64,000 nt of DNA from Candidatus Limnocylindrales bacterium (lineage in GTDB: Bacteria; Chloroflexota; Limnocylindria; Limnocylindrales; CSP1-4), in contig JBEKMM010000005.1 in assembly GCA_050008515.1 (NCBI GenBank), positions 70,888-134,887 on the forward strand, read 5' to 3'. Below the pieces are notes generated by a model. The model did not search any database, was not told where the DNA came from, and saw only the letters and a list, made by a program, of their open reading frames with translations. Positions 1 through 8,662 of this stretch are shown piece by piece (position 1 is the first letter of the stretch; each line of letters begins with the position of its first letter). The translations under genes were made by a program, and so were the position numbers.

Positions 1-1639
1 TGCAGACCGGGAAGATCGCCAGGGCCGGCGCCGCGTCAACTTCCGAATCACCCGTCATCTGGCCGGTATAGGGCACGGTGTAGATCGGCGGCCCGATCCA
101 ATCCGGCCGCGACTTCATCTCCAGGATCGGCCCCAGCGGCTTCACGATCTGGGACCGCTCCAGCACCAGCCAGCGCGCGCCGTAGTCGGCGGCCACCTCG
201 CGGATCACGGCCAGCGAGTCGTTGGGCGTGACGACGCCGCCGTGACCGGTGAAGTACTCGAACCCCGCCGGGTCGGCCGAGAGCAGCAGGTCGGTTTCGG
301 GGACGCCGGCCTGGTCGAGGGCCGCGCCGGCCTCGAGCCGCAGGTCGCGATCCTGATCCCAGGACCGTCCCGCGAGGAACGCGAAAGCGCCCGCGTTGAG
401 CAACACCGTAGCCACGGCCGCCGCCACGAAGAGCCGGGCGGCGCGGTCCTCCTGCCAGCCGCGCCGCCGACGCGCGCCCCACGTCGCGACGATCGCGACC
501 CCCTCCAGGCCGATGATGTAAGTGAACGGGACCAGCGCTACGGCCGAATGCAGGAAGGTCCCATAGGGCACGTGGACCGCGAAGATCAGCCCCGCCGCGG
601 CGAAGAGCAGGCCGGCGTAGACGAAGAACGGACCGAAGTCGATCGAGCGGCGGCGAGCCCACCCGCCCGCGAGCGCGAACGGCGCCAGCACGGCCGAGCA
701 GGCGAGGACGGAGAAGACCTGGATCGCCGACACGAGCCCCAGGATACGGCTCGTCAGCAGCGGCCCGAGCCCCTGGCTCAGGAAGCCCGCCAGCGAGGTG
801 TCGCTGGTGACGCTGTTCATCTGCTCGTAGTTCTGGATCAACAGGATTCGGCCCGAGCTCGACGACGGCGAGAAGCTGCCGAAGACGGCCAGCTGGCGCA
901 GATACCAGGGCGCCATGACGACGAGGAAGAGGCCGAAGCAGGCAAACGCGTAGCGCCACGGGATGGCCGGCACTCGGCCGCTCTTCGAGCGCCAGGCCCG
1001 CCATCGATCCCACAGGAAGGCGAGCCCGATCGCGGCGCCCAGCAGCACGCCGTCGTTGCGGGCCAGCGTCGCCAGGCCGACCGTCAGCCCCGCCAGCGCG
1101 AACGATCGGCCGTGGCCCCGCAGCCCGCGAGCGCAGAGCCACAGGGCGGCAGTGCCCAGCGGCTGGAACAGCGAGAAGTTGTCGGGCTGGGCCATGTAGA
1201 TGGCCGCGGCGGCCGGGACGGAGACCGCGATGGCGGCCGCCACGGCGATTCGATCGCCCGCCCCGACTTCCCGGGCCAGGAACCAGGTCATCGGCGCCGC
1301 CACCGCCCCGATGAGCAGGAAGGGGATCGCCGACGCCAGCGGGGTGGGGCCGAGCAGCCACATCGTCGGCAGCTGCACGAGCGAGGCGAGCGGCATCCAG
1401 TGGGCGTTGCTCGGGATCGGCAGCATCGGCTGGGCCGGAATCCGGCCGCCCACGTCCACGAACGACCAGATGAAGTCGATGTTGAAGCCGTGCCCGGCCT
1501 GCAGCGCCCGGGCCACGTCGACGTAGTAGTAGGAATCCGGATACGCCGCGTCGGGGTGCACGCCGAAGAGCACGACCCGAGCGGCCAGGGCGAACGCATA
1601 CAGAGCGATGGGGATCCGCACGGCGTCGCAGCGTAGCAT
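1..1639 (-). CDS. Polytopic GT-C family glycosyltransferase (COG1807 / PMT-ArnT-like), 3'-truncated at the window edge
   Basis: Hand-translated minus-strand frame with ATG at 1639..1637 (RBS-like GGTGGAGTGGG upstream) and no stop before position 1; this frame is absent from the ORF track because it runs off the edge. Product MLRCDAVRIPIALYAFALAARVVLFGVHPDAAYPDSYYYVDVARALQAGHGF..., with many TM helices, an acidic/aromatic first periplasmic loop, and a C-terminal soluble region. Divergent from a Dpm1-like GT2. Confidence 0.55.
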   Translation of the reverse strand, partial: MLRCDAVRIPIALYAFALAARVVLFGVHPDAAYPDSYYYVDVARALQAGHGFNIDFIWSFVDVGGRIPAQPMLPIPSNAHWMPLASLVQLPTMWLLGPTPLASAIPFLLIGAVAAPMTWFLAREVGAGDRIAVAAAIAVSVPAAAAIYMAQPDNFSLFQPLGTAALWLCARGLRGHGRSFALAGLTVGLATLARNDGVLLGAAIGLAFLWDRWRAWRSKSGRVPAIPWRYAFACFGLFLVVMAPWYLRQLAVFGSFSPSSSSGRILLIQNYEQMNSVTSDTSLAGFLSQGLGPLLTSRILGLVSAIQVFSVLACSAVLAPFALAGGWARRRSIDFGPFFVYAGLLFAAAGLIFAVHVPYGTFLHSAVALVPFTYIIGLEGVAIVATWGARRRRGWQEDRAARLFVAAAVATVLLNAGAFAFLAGRSWDQDRDLRLEAGAALDQAGVPETDLLLSADPAGFEYFTGHGGVVTPNDSLAVIREVAADYGARWLVLERSQIVKPLGPILEMKSRPDWIGPPIYTVPYTGQMTGDSEVDAAPALAIFPVC

Positions 1640-1782
1640 CGGCCGGGTCCCACTCCACCGGTACTAACGGCCTATGGGGCCTCCCCGACCTGCGGCGGGG
1701 CCCGCTGGAGGTCGTCCCGGGCGGCGCGGATGGTGGGCTGGAGGTGCTGCGGCGCGCTGGCTCCGCATCTAAACTCGCAACG

Positions 1783-2580
1783 ATGGTTGCCAGCAGCCTG
1801 TCGATCGTTCTGCCCGCGTTCAACGAGGAGGCCCGGCTCGGGCCCGCGCTGGACGAGCTTTTCGCGTATCTCTGCGAAGCGCCGAAGGGTGCGCTGCCCG
1901 AGAAGGTCGACGTGCTCATCGTGGACGACGGCAGCACCGACGGCACGGCCGCGCTGGTTCGGGCGCGGGCCGAATACGTCGGTGAGGTCAGGGCGCCGAA
2001 GGGCGACTGCCCCGAGCTGCGACTGCTGAGCGTCGCGCACGCCGGCAAAGGTTCCGCGGTACGGGTCGGGATGCTGGCCGCGCAGGGCGATCTGATCGTG
2101 TTCGCCGACGCGGATATGGCCACGCCGCCGGACCAGCTGCCCCGGCTGGTCGAGGCGCTGGAGAACGCGGATGTCGCGCTGGGGAGCCGGATCCAGCCCG
2201 ACGGTTCGGACATGCGCGCCTCGCAGCCGCGCTTTCGTAGGCTCGTCGGCAAGCTCTTCCGCCTCGCGGCGCGGATCTGGGTGACCGGCCCGATCGACGA
2301 CACGCAGTGCGGCTTCAAGGGGTTCCGGCGCGACGTGGCGCGCGATCTGTTCGGCCGGCTGCGAATCACGAGCATCGTCTTCGACGTGGACCTGATCTTC
2401 CTGGCCCGGCGGCGGGGCTACCGGATGGCGGTGGTGCCCGTGAGCTGGGCCGATCGACGCGGCTCGCGCATGCACGCCCGCCCGCGGCTGGCCCTTCGCG
2501 TCGGCTGGGATCTGCTGCGCATCAGGTTCATCCACCGCGGCCTCAAGCGGGTGGCCGTCGGGGGCGCGCCGGCGAAATGA
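1783..2580 (+). CDS. GT2 polyprenol-phosphate glycosyltransferase (Dpm1/Ppm1-like dolichyl/polyprenyl-phosphate mannose or glucose synthase)
   Basis: Motifs SIVLPAFNEE, VLIVDDGSTDGT, DAD and QCGFKGF in the 1744..2580 ORF. ATG 1783 chosen (alternative GTG 1744). Confidence 0.8.
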   Translation: MVASSLSIVLPAFNEEARLGPALDELFAYLCEAPKGALPEKVDVLIVDDGSTDGTAALVRARAEYVGEVRAPKGDCPELRLLSVAHAGKGSAVRVGMLAAQGDLIVFADADMATPPDQLPRLVEALENADVALGSRIQPDGSDMRASQPRFRRLVGKLFRLAARIWVTGPIDDTQCGFKGFRRDVARDLFGRLRITSIVFDVDLIFLARRRGYRMAVVPVSWADRRGSRMHARPRLALRVGWDLLRIRFIHRGLKRVAVGGAPAK

Positions 2581-2601
2581 ACGCGCCGCGGTGACCGGGC
2601 G

Positions 2602-3732
2602 ATGACCGAGCCGGTGGCGCAGGCGAGGTCGCGCTCGCGGCTGGCCGGGGCTATCGTGCCCGTCGGTTCGGTGGCGCTGCTGGTCGGAATGCTCGCCCTC
2701 GTTCTCGCGTCCGCGGGTCAGACCCTCGGCTACGACTACCGCTGCTACGAGGGCGCGGCCCAGGCCCTGCGTGACGGCAAGCCGATATACGACGTCACCT
2801 TCTCCGTCAACGTCGGCACGTGCCCGGGCACCTACACCTACCCGCCGGCCTTCGCCGCGGCCCTCGTTCCGTGGCTCCTCCTGGGGGGAGCGGCCGCGGG
2901 GCTGTGGTGCGTGGCGATGGCCGCGTGCTTCCTCGCCGGAGTGGCGCTGCTGCCGGTCCGTCGCGACGTGCGCTGGCTGATCGTGATCGTGGCCGCGCTC
3001 GACTGGCCGCTCCTGTACGCGGTCAAGCTCGGGCAGGTCGAGCCGCTCCTCTTCCTGGGCTTCGCGGCGGTGTGGCGGTGGATGGATCGGGCCGCCGTCG
3101 TGGGGGCGGTGACGGCGATCGGGGCGCTGGTGAAGGTGCAGCCGGCGCTGCTGGCGGTCTGGGCGATCTCTACGGGTCGATTCCGCGCGGCGGCGTTGGC
3201 GGCTGCAGCCGCCGTTGCGCTTGCTGCCGCGGCGACGCTCGTCACCGGCGTGGATGCCTGGGCCACGTACGCCACTCTGCTCCGGGACCTGGGCGGGCAG
3301 CTGACGACGCCCCACAACTTCGCGCCGGGCGCGGTCGCCCACATGGCCGGAGCGCCGGACCCGGTGGCCGCGGCCATCCAGCTCGCCTCGGCGGCTATGG
3401 CAGTGGCGGCGCTCCTGGTCGCGTGGCGATTCGCGAGCCCCGAGCTAAGCCTGCAGGTCACGATCGTGGCCAGCCAGCTCATCTCGTCGCCGCTGCGCGA
3501 CCACTACGCCGTGCTGCTCTTGCTGCCGACGGCCTGGCTCGTACAGCGCGGTCGAGCGTGGGCGGTCGTCTTCCCGCTTGTGGGCTGGATCGCGCTCTTC
3601 GGCAGCGGCGCCTGGCTCCCCGCGGCCAGCATCCCGATCACCTTCTTCGCCTGCCTGGCGGTGCTGCTCTGGGAGGCGCTGCTCGAACGGCGCGCTCGAA
3701 CGGCGCGCTCGAACGCCGCGCAGCCCGCATGA
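2602..3732 (+). CDS. Polytopic membrane protein, DUF2029/GT87-like (PimE-type polyprenol-P-sugar dependent glycosyltransferase family)
   Basis: 376 aa with about 9 TM helices and a TYTYPPAFAAALVPW motif. It starts 22 bp after the GT2 stop, consistent with an operon. Confidence 0.55.
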   Translation: MTEPVAQARSRSRLAGAIVPVGSVALLVGMLALVLASAGQTLGYDYRCYEGAAQALRDGKPIYDVTFSVNVGTCPGTYTYPPAFAAALVPWLLLGGAAAGLWCVAMAACFLAGVALLPVRRDVRWLIVIVAALDWPLLYAVKLGQVEPLLFLGFAAVWRWMDRAAVVGAVTAIGALVKVQPALLAVWAISTGRFRAAALAAAAAVALAAAATLVTGVDAWATYATLLRDLGGQLTTPHNFAPGAVAHMAGAPDPVAAAIQLASAAMAVAALLVAWRFASPELSLQVTIVASQLISSPLRDHYAVLLLLPTAWLVQRGRAWAVVFPLVGWIALFGSGAWLPAASIPITFFACLAVLLWEALLERRARTARSNAAQPA

Positions 3733-3834
3733 CCGCCTGAGGTCCGGGCCGCCGCCTGCGCCGCGCCCCGCCGGCCCTCGCGCCGCAAGGTTGCGCCGGC
3801 AAGCAGGCCGGGGGCGTGGTGCTATCCTCGGCGA

Positions 3835-5010
3835 GTGACCATCCCCTCCATCTCGGCCGGCGGGCCTGCCCGTCCGGACGAGCAGCGGCGCATCCTCGTC
3901 GCCCGCCGCCGAGCCTTCGATGCCATCGCGGGCGAGACGTGGGACGCGCTCGTCGGTCTGACCCCGGCCGCGACTCCCTTCTCGCGCCACTGCGTGCAGC
4001 GGGCGTGGTGGGACGCCTACGGCACCACGGCCCACGACCAGACGATGGTCGTCGTGGACGAGGCCGCCCCGGAGGTGATCGTCGGGATCGCGCCCCTGAT
4101 GCATCGCCACGAGCTGGAGCCGGGGGACGTGGCGGCGCGCACGACGATCCGCCATCAAGTCGGCCCGGTCCTCCGACCCGTGCCCGCCTCCGCGACCGCG
4201 GTCTTCTTCGGCGCCTCGTACCACGCCGACTATGCCACGATCCTGGCGGCGCCCGCGGACCTGCCGGCGGTTTGCGATGCCGTGGTGGCGGCCCTCGCCG
4301 CTGAAGATCCGTCGCGCTGGGACGTCGTGGACCTGCGCCGCCTCCGCGCCGGCGACCCGGCCACCGATGCGCTGGTCGCCGCCTTCGAGTGGGTCGCCCC
4401 GCGCGGCTGCTGGCTGGTGACGCGCGAGCAGGAGGAGGTCTGCCCGGTCCTGACGCTCCCGGCCGGCCTCGACTTCGAGGGCTACCTCGGGACTCTCGAC
4501 AAGAAGGAGCGCCACGAGATCCGGCGCAAGATCCGCCGGGCGGAGGCCGCCGGGCCCATCGCCCTGACAAGGTCGGCCGACCCCTTTGCGGACCTGGAGG
4601 CGTTCATCGACCTGCATCAGAAGCGCTGGGGAGAAAAGGGCCTCTTCCCCGCGACAGCGGGCGGAGCCGCGAGCCGCCGTTTCTTCGCGGAACTGTTCGA
4701 GAGCTGCGCGCCGACCGGAATCGTCGAGCTGGACTTCCTGACGGTCGGAGGGCGCCGAATCGCGGCCGGAGTGATCCTCGACGACGGCCACACCGTTTAC
4801 TACTACAACGCCGGCGTCGAGCCGGATGCCAGAGAGCTTTCTCCCGGAGTGGTCATGGTCGCGTCCTACATCCAACGAGCCATCGAGCTGGGTCGCACCC
4901 GCCTCGACTTCATGAGGGGCAACGAGCCCTACAAGTACGAATGGGGCGCGGTCGACGAACCGATCGAACGGCTGCTCGTCCAGCGGACGGCCGCACCGGA
5001 GGGCCGCTAG
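3835..5010 (+). CDS. GNAT-fold acyltransferase, CelD/BcsL / FemAB-like (Acetyltransf_6-type)
   Basis: 391 aa with GTG start. The C-terminal LDFMRGNEPYKYEWGA and overall length are typical of CelD/FemX-like proteins in glycan loci. Confidence 0.6.
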   Translation: MTIPSISAGGPARPDEQRRILVARRRAFDAIAGETWDALVGLTPAATPFSRHCVQRAWWDAYGTTAHDQTMVVVDEAAPEVIVGIAPLMHRHELEPGDVAARTTIRHQVGPVLRPVPASATAVFFGASYHADYATILAAPADLPAVCDAVVAALAAEDPSRWDVVDLRRLRAGDPATDALVAAFEWVAPRGCWLVTREQEEVCPVLTLPAGLDFEGYLGTLDKKERHEIRRKIRRAEAAGPIALTRSADPFADLEAFIDLHQKRWGEKGLFPATAGGAASRRFFAELFESCAPTGIVELDFLTVGGRRIAAGVILDDGHTVYYYNAGVEPDARELSPGVVMVASYIQRAIELGRTRLDFMRGNEPYKYEWGAVDEPIERLLVQRTAAPEGR

Positions 5011-5105
5011 CGATGGGCGCCGACGAAGACCTCCACGAGGAGCCCTGTGCCGAGCAGGACGGACGCGGGCCACTCCCCGGTGGGCGGGTTCGGGTCGTGG
5101 AGGTC

Positions 5106-6218
5106 ATGGCCACCGGCACCAACGGCGGAGCGCAAGAGCACGTCTTCTCCCTCGCCTCGCGGCTGAACTTGGCCCGCTACGACGTCAGGGTCGTCTCGCT
5201 CTCGCACGGCAGCAGCGTCCGCCGGTTGCAGAAGGCGGGCATCGAAGCGTCGGTGATCGACGAGCCGGACGACCGCCTGGCCGTTCTGGCGCTGGCCGAG
5301 GAGCTGGCCGCCTTCGAGCCCGAGGTCGTCCACAACCACATGTATCGCGCCGAGGTCGTGGGCACGCTGGCGGCGCTGCACCTGGGCGAGAAGGGTTGCC
5401 GCCGCCCGGCCGTCATCTCGACCGTGCATTCGAGCCGAGTCCGCTGCGTCGAGGACCGCGAGAAGCTCCGCCAGCTCACGCCGCTGATGGATCGCCTCAT
5501 CGTCGTGTCCAAAGCGATCGAGCGGAAGATCGCCGACGAGGGGCGCCGTGGCGCGCCGGTCAGCCTCATCTACAACGGCGTGGACCTGCAGCGCTACAAC
5601 CACCAGCAGCCGTGCTGCACGCTCCACGAGGACTACAAGATCGACCCCGATGCCCCGATCGTCGGCGTCGTGGCTAGACTCGAGGCCGAGAAGGGCCACC
5701 GCACGCTGCTCGACGCCTGGCCGCTGGTCCTCGCCGTCGTCCCCAATGCGTGGCTTCTCGTCGTCGGCGAAGGCTCGGAGCGCGACTCGCTCGAGGCCCA
5801 GGCCGACATCCTGGGCATCTCCGGGAGGGTCGTCTTCACCGGCCGCCGCGAGGACGTGCCGGCGGTCACGGCCGCGCTGGACATCTCGGTCCTGCCGTCG
5901 TACCGCGAGGCCCAGGGCCTGAGCGTTCTCGAGGCGATGGCGCTAAGCCGCCCGGTCGTGGCGTCGGCGGTGGGCGGCATTCCGGAGATGATCGAGGACG
6001 GGGTCAGTGGGCTGCTCGTCCCGCCCCACGACTGCGACGCGCTGGCGGCGGCGATCATCCGGCTGCTGACCGATCACCCGCTGGCCGACACGGTCGCCCG
6101 CCGCGGCCACGATCTGGTCCACGACCGCTTCTGCATCGAGCTGATGGTCAAGGCCGTCTCGGACAAGTACGACGAGGCCGCGGTCCGGATCCGCGAGTCG
6201 AAGAGCGTCGCGCGGTAG
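5106..6218 (+). CDS. GT4 (group 1) glycosyltransferase
   Basis: Only the C-terminal 370 aa of ORF 4389..6218 look like protein. N-term MATGTNGGAQEHVFSLA, EAMALSRPVVASAVGGIPE (E-X7-E) and GVSGLLVPP. Start ATG 5106 (alternative GTG 5097). Confidence 0.8.
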   Translation: MATGTNGGAQEHVFSLASRLNLARYDVRVVSLSHGSSVRRLQKAGIEASVIDEPDDRLAVLALAEELAAFEPEVVHNHMYRAEVVGTLAALHLGEKGCRRPAVISTVHSSRVRCVEDREKLRQLTPLMDRLIVVSKAIERKIADEGRRGAPVSLIYNGVDLQRYNHQQPCCTLHEDYKIDPDAPIVGVVARLEAEKGHRTLLDAWPLVLAVVPNAWLLVVGEGSERDSLEAQADILGISGRVVFTGRREDVPAVTAALDISVLPSYREAQGLSVLEAMALSRPVVASAVGGIPEMIEDGVSGLLVPPHDCDALAAAIIRLLTDHPLADTVARRGHDLVHDRFCIELMVKAVSDKYDEAAVRIRESKSVAR

Positions 6219-6247
6219 CGCTTCGCCATGGCTTCGCCACGGTGTCG

Positions 6248-7135
6248 TCAGGGCGCCGTCGCCCGCCAGTAGCGTTCGGCCGGCTCCGTCCCGGCCACCG
6301 TGCCGACCCGCACGGCCCGGGCTCGAATGACGGCGGCCATCTCCGCGTCGCTGCCGAACAGTCGATCGATCTGGCTGGCGTAGGCTCGGATGCCGGCGAG
6401 CTTGCGGTCAGCCAGGTCGCCGCTCAGCTCCACGCACTCTGGGACCAGCCTGATCCAGGGCGAGAGCCCGGCGAGCTGGTCGGGCCTGAGCTGCTCGAGG
6501 CTGTGGAACTCGGCCACCGCGGCGTACGGCAGATCCTCGTAGAAGACGAGCTGACAGTGGCGCTTCGGCGGGATCCCGCCATGCGGGTAGCGCCCACCCC
6601 CCAGCACGATGATGCCGGCCTGGTGGACCAGGCGATGGTCCACGTGCCCGCCGACGGCCAGCGGCAGGTACGCCACCGCGGGGCGCAGGGAGTCCAGGGC
6701 GGCCTCCAGGCACTTGTAGGGCGGCAGGTCGTCGGGCCTGGGCGGGCCCATCAGCTGGTCCTCGCCCTCGTAGCCACGGAACACCGCGTCGGGCTCGTCC
6801 GCCCGGAACAGCCGCGCACCGACGGTGACGGCATAGGCCGCGTCCTCCGCCGCGCGCTCCCTCATCACGTCGGCGGGGGCGAGCGAACCCCGCCGCTCCC
6901 CGAAGCCGAGGGCCTGGCGCTGGTATGGCGTCAGCTCCGCCCGCGAGCCGGCCCCGGAGTAGACGGTGGCGATGCCGACGCTCTCGCCGCGCTTCCGCAG
7001 CCGCGCAACCAGCCCACCGCAGGAGAGTGCCACGTCGTCGGGGTGAGGGGCGACGAAGAGGTGCGTCACCGGCGGTCCCGTGAAAGCCTGCCGGCAAAGC
7101 TCCGGCCCGCGGATCTCCCGGAAGAGGTCGGTCAC
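6248..7135 (-). CDS. PIG-L / LmbE family N-acetylglucosaminyl deacetylase
   Basis: HPDDVALSCGG motif and HVDH. Start re-assigned to GTG 7135..7133, which overlaps the pcm stop in a GTGA arrangement. The upstream 150 aa of ORF 6248..7585 is Arg-rich junk. Confidence 0.75.
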   Translation of the reverse strand: MTDLFREIRGPELCRQAFTGPPVTHLFVAPHPDDVALSCGGLVARLRKRGESVGIATVYSGAGSRAELTPYQRQALGFGERRGSLAPADVMRERAAEDAAYAVTVGARLFRADEPDAVFRGYEGEDQLMGPPRPDDLPPYKCLEAALDSLRPAVAYLPLAVGGHVDHRLVHQAGIIVLGGGRYPHGGIPPKRHCQLVFYEDLPYAAVAEFHSLEQLRPDQLAGLSPWIRLVPECVELSGDLADRKLAGIRAYASQIDRLFGSDAEMAAVIRARAVRVGTVAGTEPAERYWRATAP

Positions 7136-7854
7136 GGCCGCTGCCCGCGGAACCGCCCCGGCCAGTGGCGGCCCGCTCGCGCCAGCGCCTGCTCGTCGTA
7201 AGCCGCGGCGCCGATGAGCGGCACGAAGACGCAGCCACCGAAGGTCCGCTCCTCGAAACCCTCCCCGCGACGGATCACCTGGGTCAGCTCCTGGCCGCCG
7301 AGCGGCCCGACGGGTATGACCAGCCGGCCGCCGTCGGCGAGCTGCCGGCGCAACTGGTCGGGCACTCGGGGCGCGGCGGCGGTCACGATGATGCCTTCGA
7401 ACGGGGCTCCCAATCTCCAGCCGACACTGCCGTCGGCGACCTCGATCCGAATGCGATCGGCCAGCCGCGAGCCCGCAGCCAGGCCCGGCTCGTCCGGGCC
7501 CGTGTCGTTCAGGCTCGGAGAAGCCAGTCGAACGCGAGCGGCGGACGCAAGCTCGGGGTGGCGCTCGAGCGACAGCACCTCGCATCCGATCCGGGCCAGG
7601 ACCGCCGCTTGATAGCCCGAGCCGGTGCCGATCTCAAGGACCCGCATCCCCGCATGCGGCTCCAGGAGCTCGGTCATGAGGGCGACGATGTACGGCTGGC
7701 TGATCGACTGGCCCGAGGCGATCGGCAGGGCCCCGTCGCAGTACGCGTCGTCAACGAGGTTCGGCGGCAGGAACAGCTCGCGCGGCAGCTCGCCCATCGC
7801 GGCCAGGACGCGCTCGTCGCGAATGCCGCGGCCGCGGAGCTGGCGCTCGACCAT
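7132..7854 (-). CDS. pcm: Protein-L-isoaspartate O-methyltransferase
   Basis: MVERQLRGRGIRDERVLAAMGELPRELF... VLEIGTGSGYQAAVLA ... ATG at 7854..7852. The upstream part of ORF 7132..8256 was rejected. Confidence 0.85.
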   Translation of the reverse strand: MVERQLRGRGIRDERVLAAMGELPRELFLPPNLVDDAYCDGALPIASGQSISQPYIVALMTELLEPHAGMRVLEIGTGSGYQAAVLARIGCEVLSLERHPELASAARVRLASPSLNDTGPDEPGLAAGSRLADRIRIEVADGSVGWRLGAPFEGIIVTAAAPRVPDQLRRQLADGGRLVIPVGPLGGQELTQVIRRGEGFEERTFGGCVFVPLIGAAAYDEQALARAGRHWPGRFRGQRP

Positions 7855-7994
7855 CTCCGTGCGCAGCCGGCGGGCATCCTCGGCATCCACCCGTCGAAGA
7901 TACGCCCTCGCCGGGCGCGCGCACGCGAAGATGTGGGCGAGAGCGGGCTCCCGAGCGGCGAGTTCCGGTTCCGGTGGTTGGCCGGCCGAGTCTG

Positions 7995-8513
7995 CTACGA
8001 GGCGCTGGCGCTCGGCGCGGCGGTCGGCGTCGCTGCCGGCGTCGGGGTCACCACCGGCGTGGGCGTCGCGGCGGGCGTCGGCGTTGCCACGGGCGTGGGC
8101 GTCGCCACGGGCGTGGGAGTCGGCACCGGCGTTGGGGTCGCGGGCGGGGGCGAGTACGTCTGCAGGTTCAGCGGCGCAAGCGTGGGTGCGGGGCCCGCGG
8201 GGATGATGCCCGCCACGTACGAGCCGACCAGGATTCCGACCAGGCCCAGCGCGCACACCAGGGTGAACAGCGCCGAAGCGCGGTCGTCGACGTAGACCCG
8301 CTCGTGCGTGGCTTTTACCGAGCCCTGGGCATGGACCTCTTCCTGGGCCGGCGAACGACCGAAGCCGAAGCGACGCCCGGGCCTGCTGGGTTCGAACGCA
8401 GCCCCAGCCCCGGCCTCGTCGCCGGCTTCGAGGTCTTCTTCGAACTCTTCTTCGCCCGGCATGAATTCGTTGGGCTCGCCCTGCTCGAGGGTGTCCTTGT
8501 CCTGGTCCGACAT
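7995..8513 (-). CDS. Small single-pass membrane protein with acidic N-terminus and Pro/Thr/Val-rich C-terminal repeat tail
   Basis: Coherent C-terminal 172 aa of ORF 7995..9845 (MSDQDKDTLEQGEPNEF...). One TM (ALFTLVCALGLVGILVGSYVAGII), then (A/V)TPTP repeats encoded by a GC-rich tandem DNA repeat at about 8000-8150. Confidence 0.5.
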   Translation of the reverse strand: MSDQDKDTLEQGEPNEFMPGEEEFEEDLEAGDEAGAGAAFEPSRPGRRFGFGRSPAQEEVHAQGSVKATHERVYVDDRASALFTLVCALGLVGILVGSYVAGIIPAGPAPTLAPLNLQTYSPPPATPTPVPTPTPVATPTPVATPTPAATPTPVVTPTPAATPTAAPSASAS

Positions 8514-8662
8514 GCCCTGGCTTCGCTCCTGTGTTGGTTCGGCACCGGCGTGCCTTGTTCGCCGGGTACGGGCTGCCCGCACGGTGACGGGTCGGGCGCG
8601 ACCCTCCCGCGGCAGTTTAGCCGGATCGTCCGGTTCTCGCGTGGCGACGCGGCCCGACCGCT

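Noticed and set aside
48-2375. 775-aa minus-strand ORF and many similar long Arg/Pro/Gly-rich ORFs (e.g. 1672..3342-, 3445..5073-, 9590..11071+, 16230..17555+, 19150..20787+, 33355..35400-, 38600..40087-, 45496..47052-, 57861..60500+, 62483..63784+)
   Set aside because: Their composition is typical of out-of-frame or antisense reading of about 70% GC coding DNA, and none carries a recognisable motif. Each overlaps a gene with clear family signatures in another frame.
4389-5105. N-terminal 239 aa of ORF 4389..6218
   Set aside because: The product is Arg-rich nonsense overlapping the 3' end of the GNAT gene. Protein-like sequence begins only at MATGTNGG (5106).
6248-7585. Full-length 445-aa ORF call for the PIG-L gene
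   Set aside because: The first 150 aa are Arg-rich and overlap pcm. The start was moved to the GTG at 7135, which is coupled to the pcm stop.
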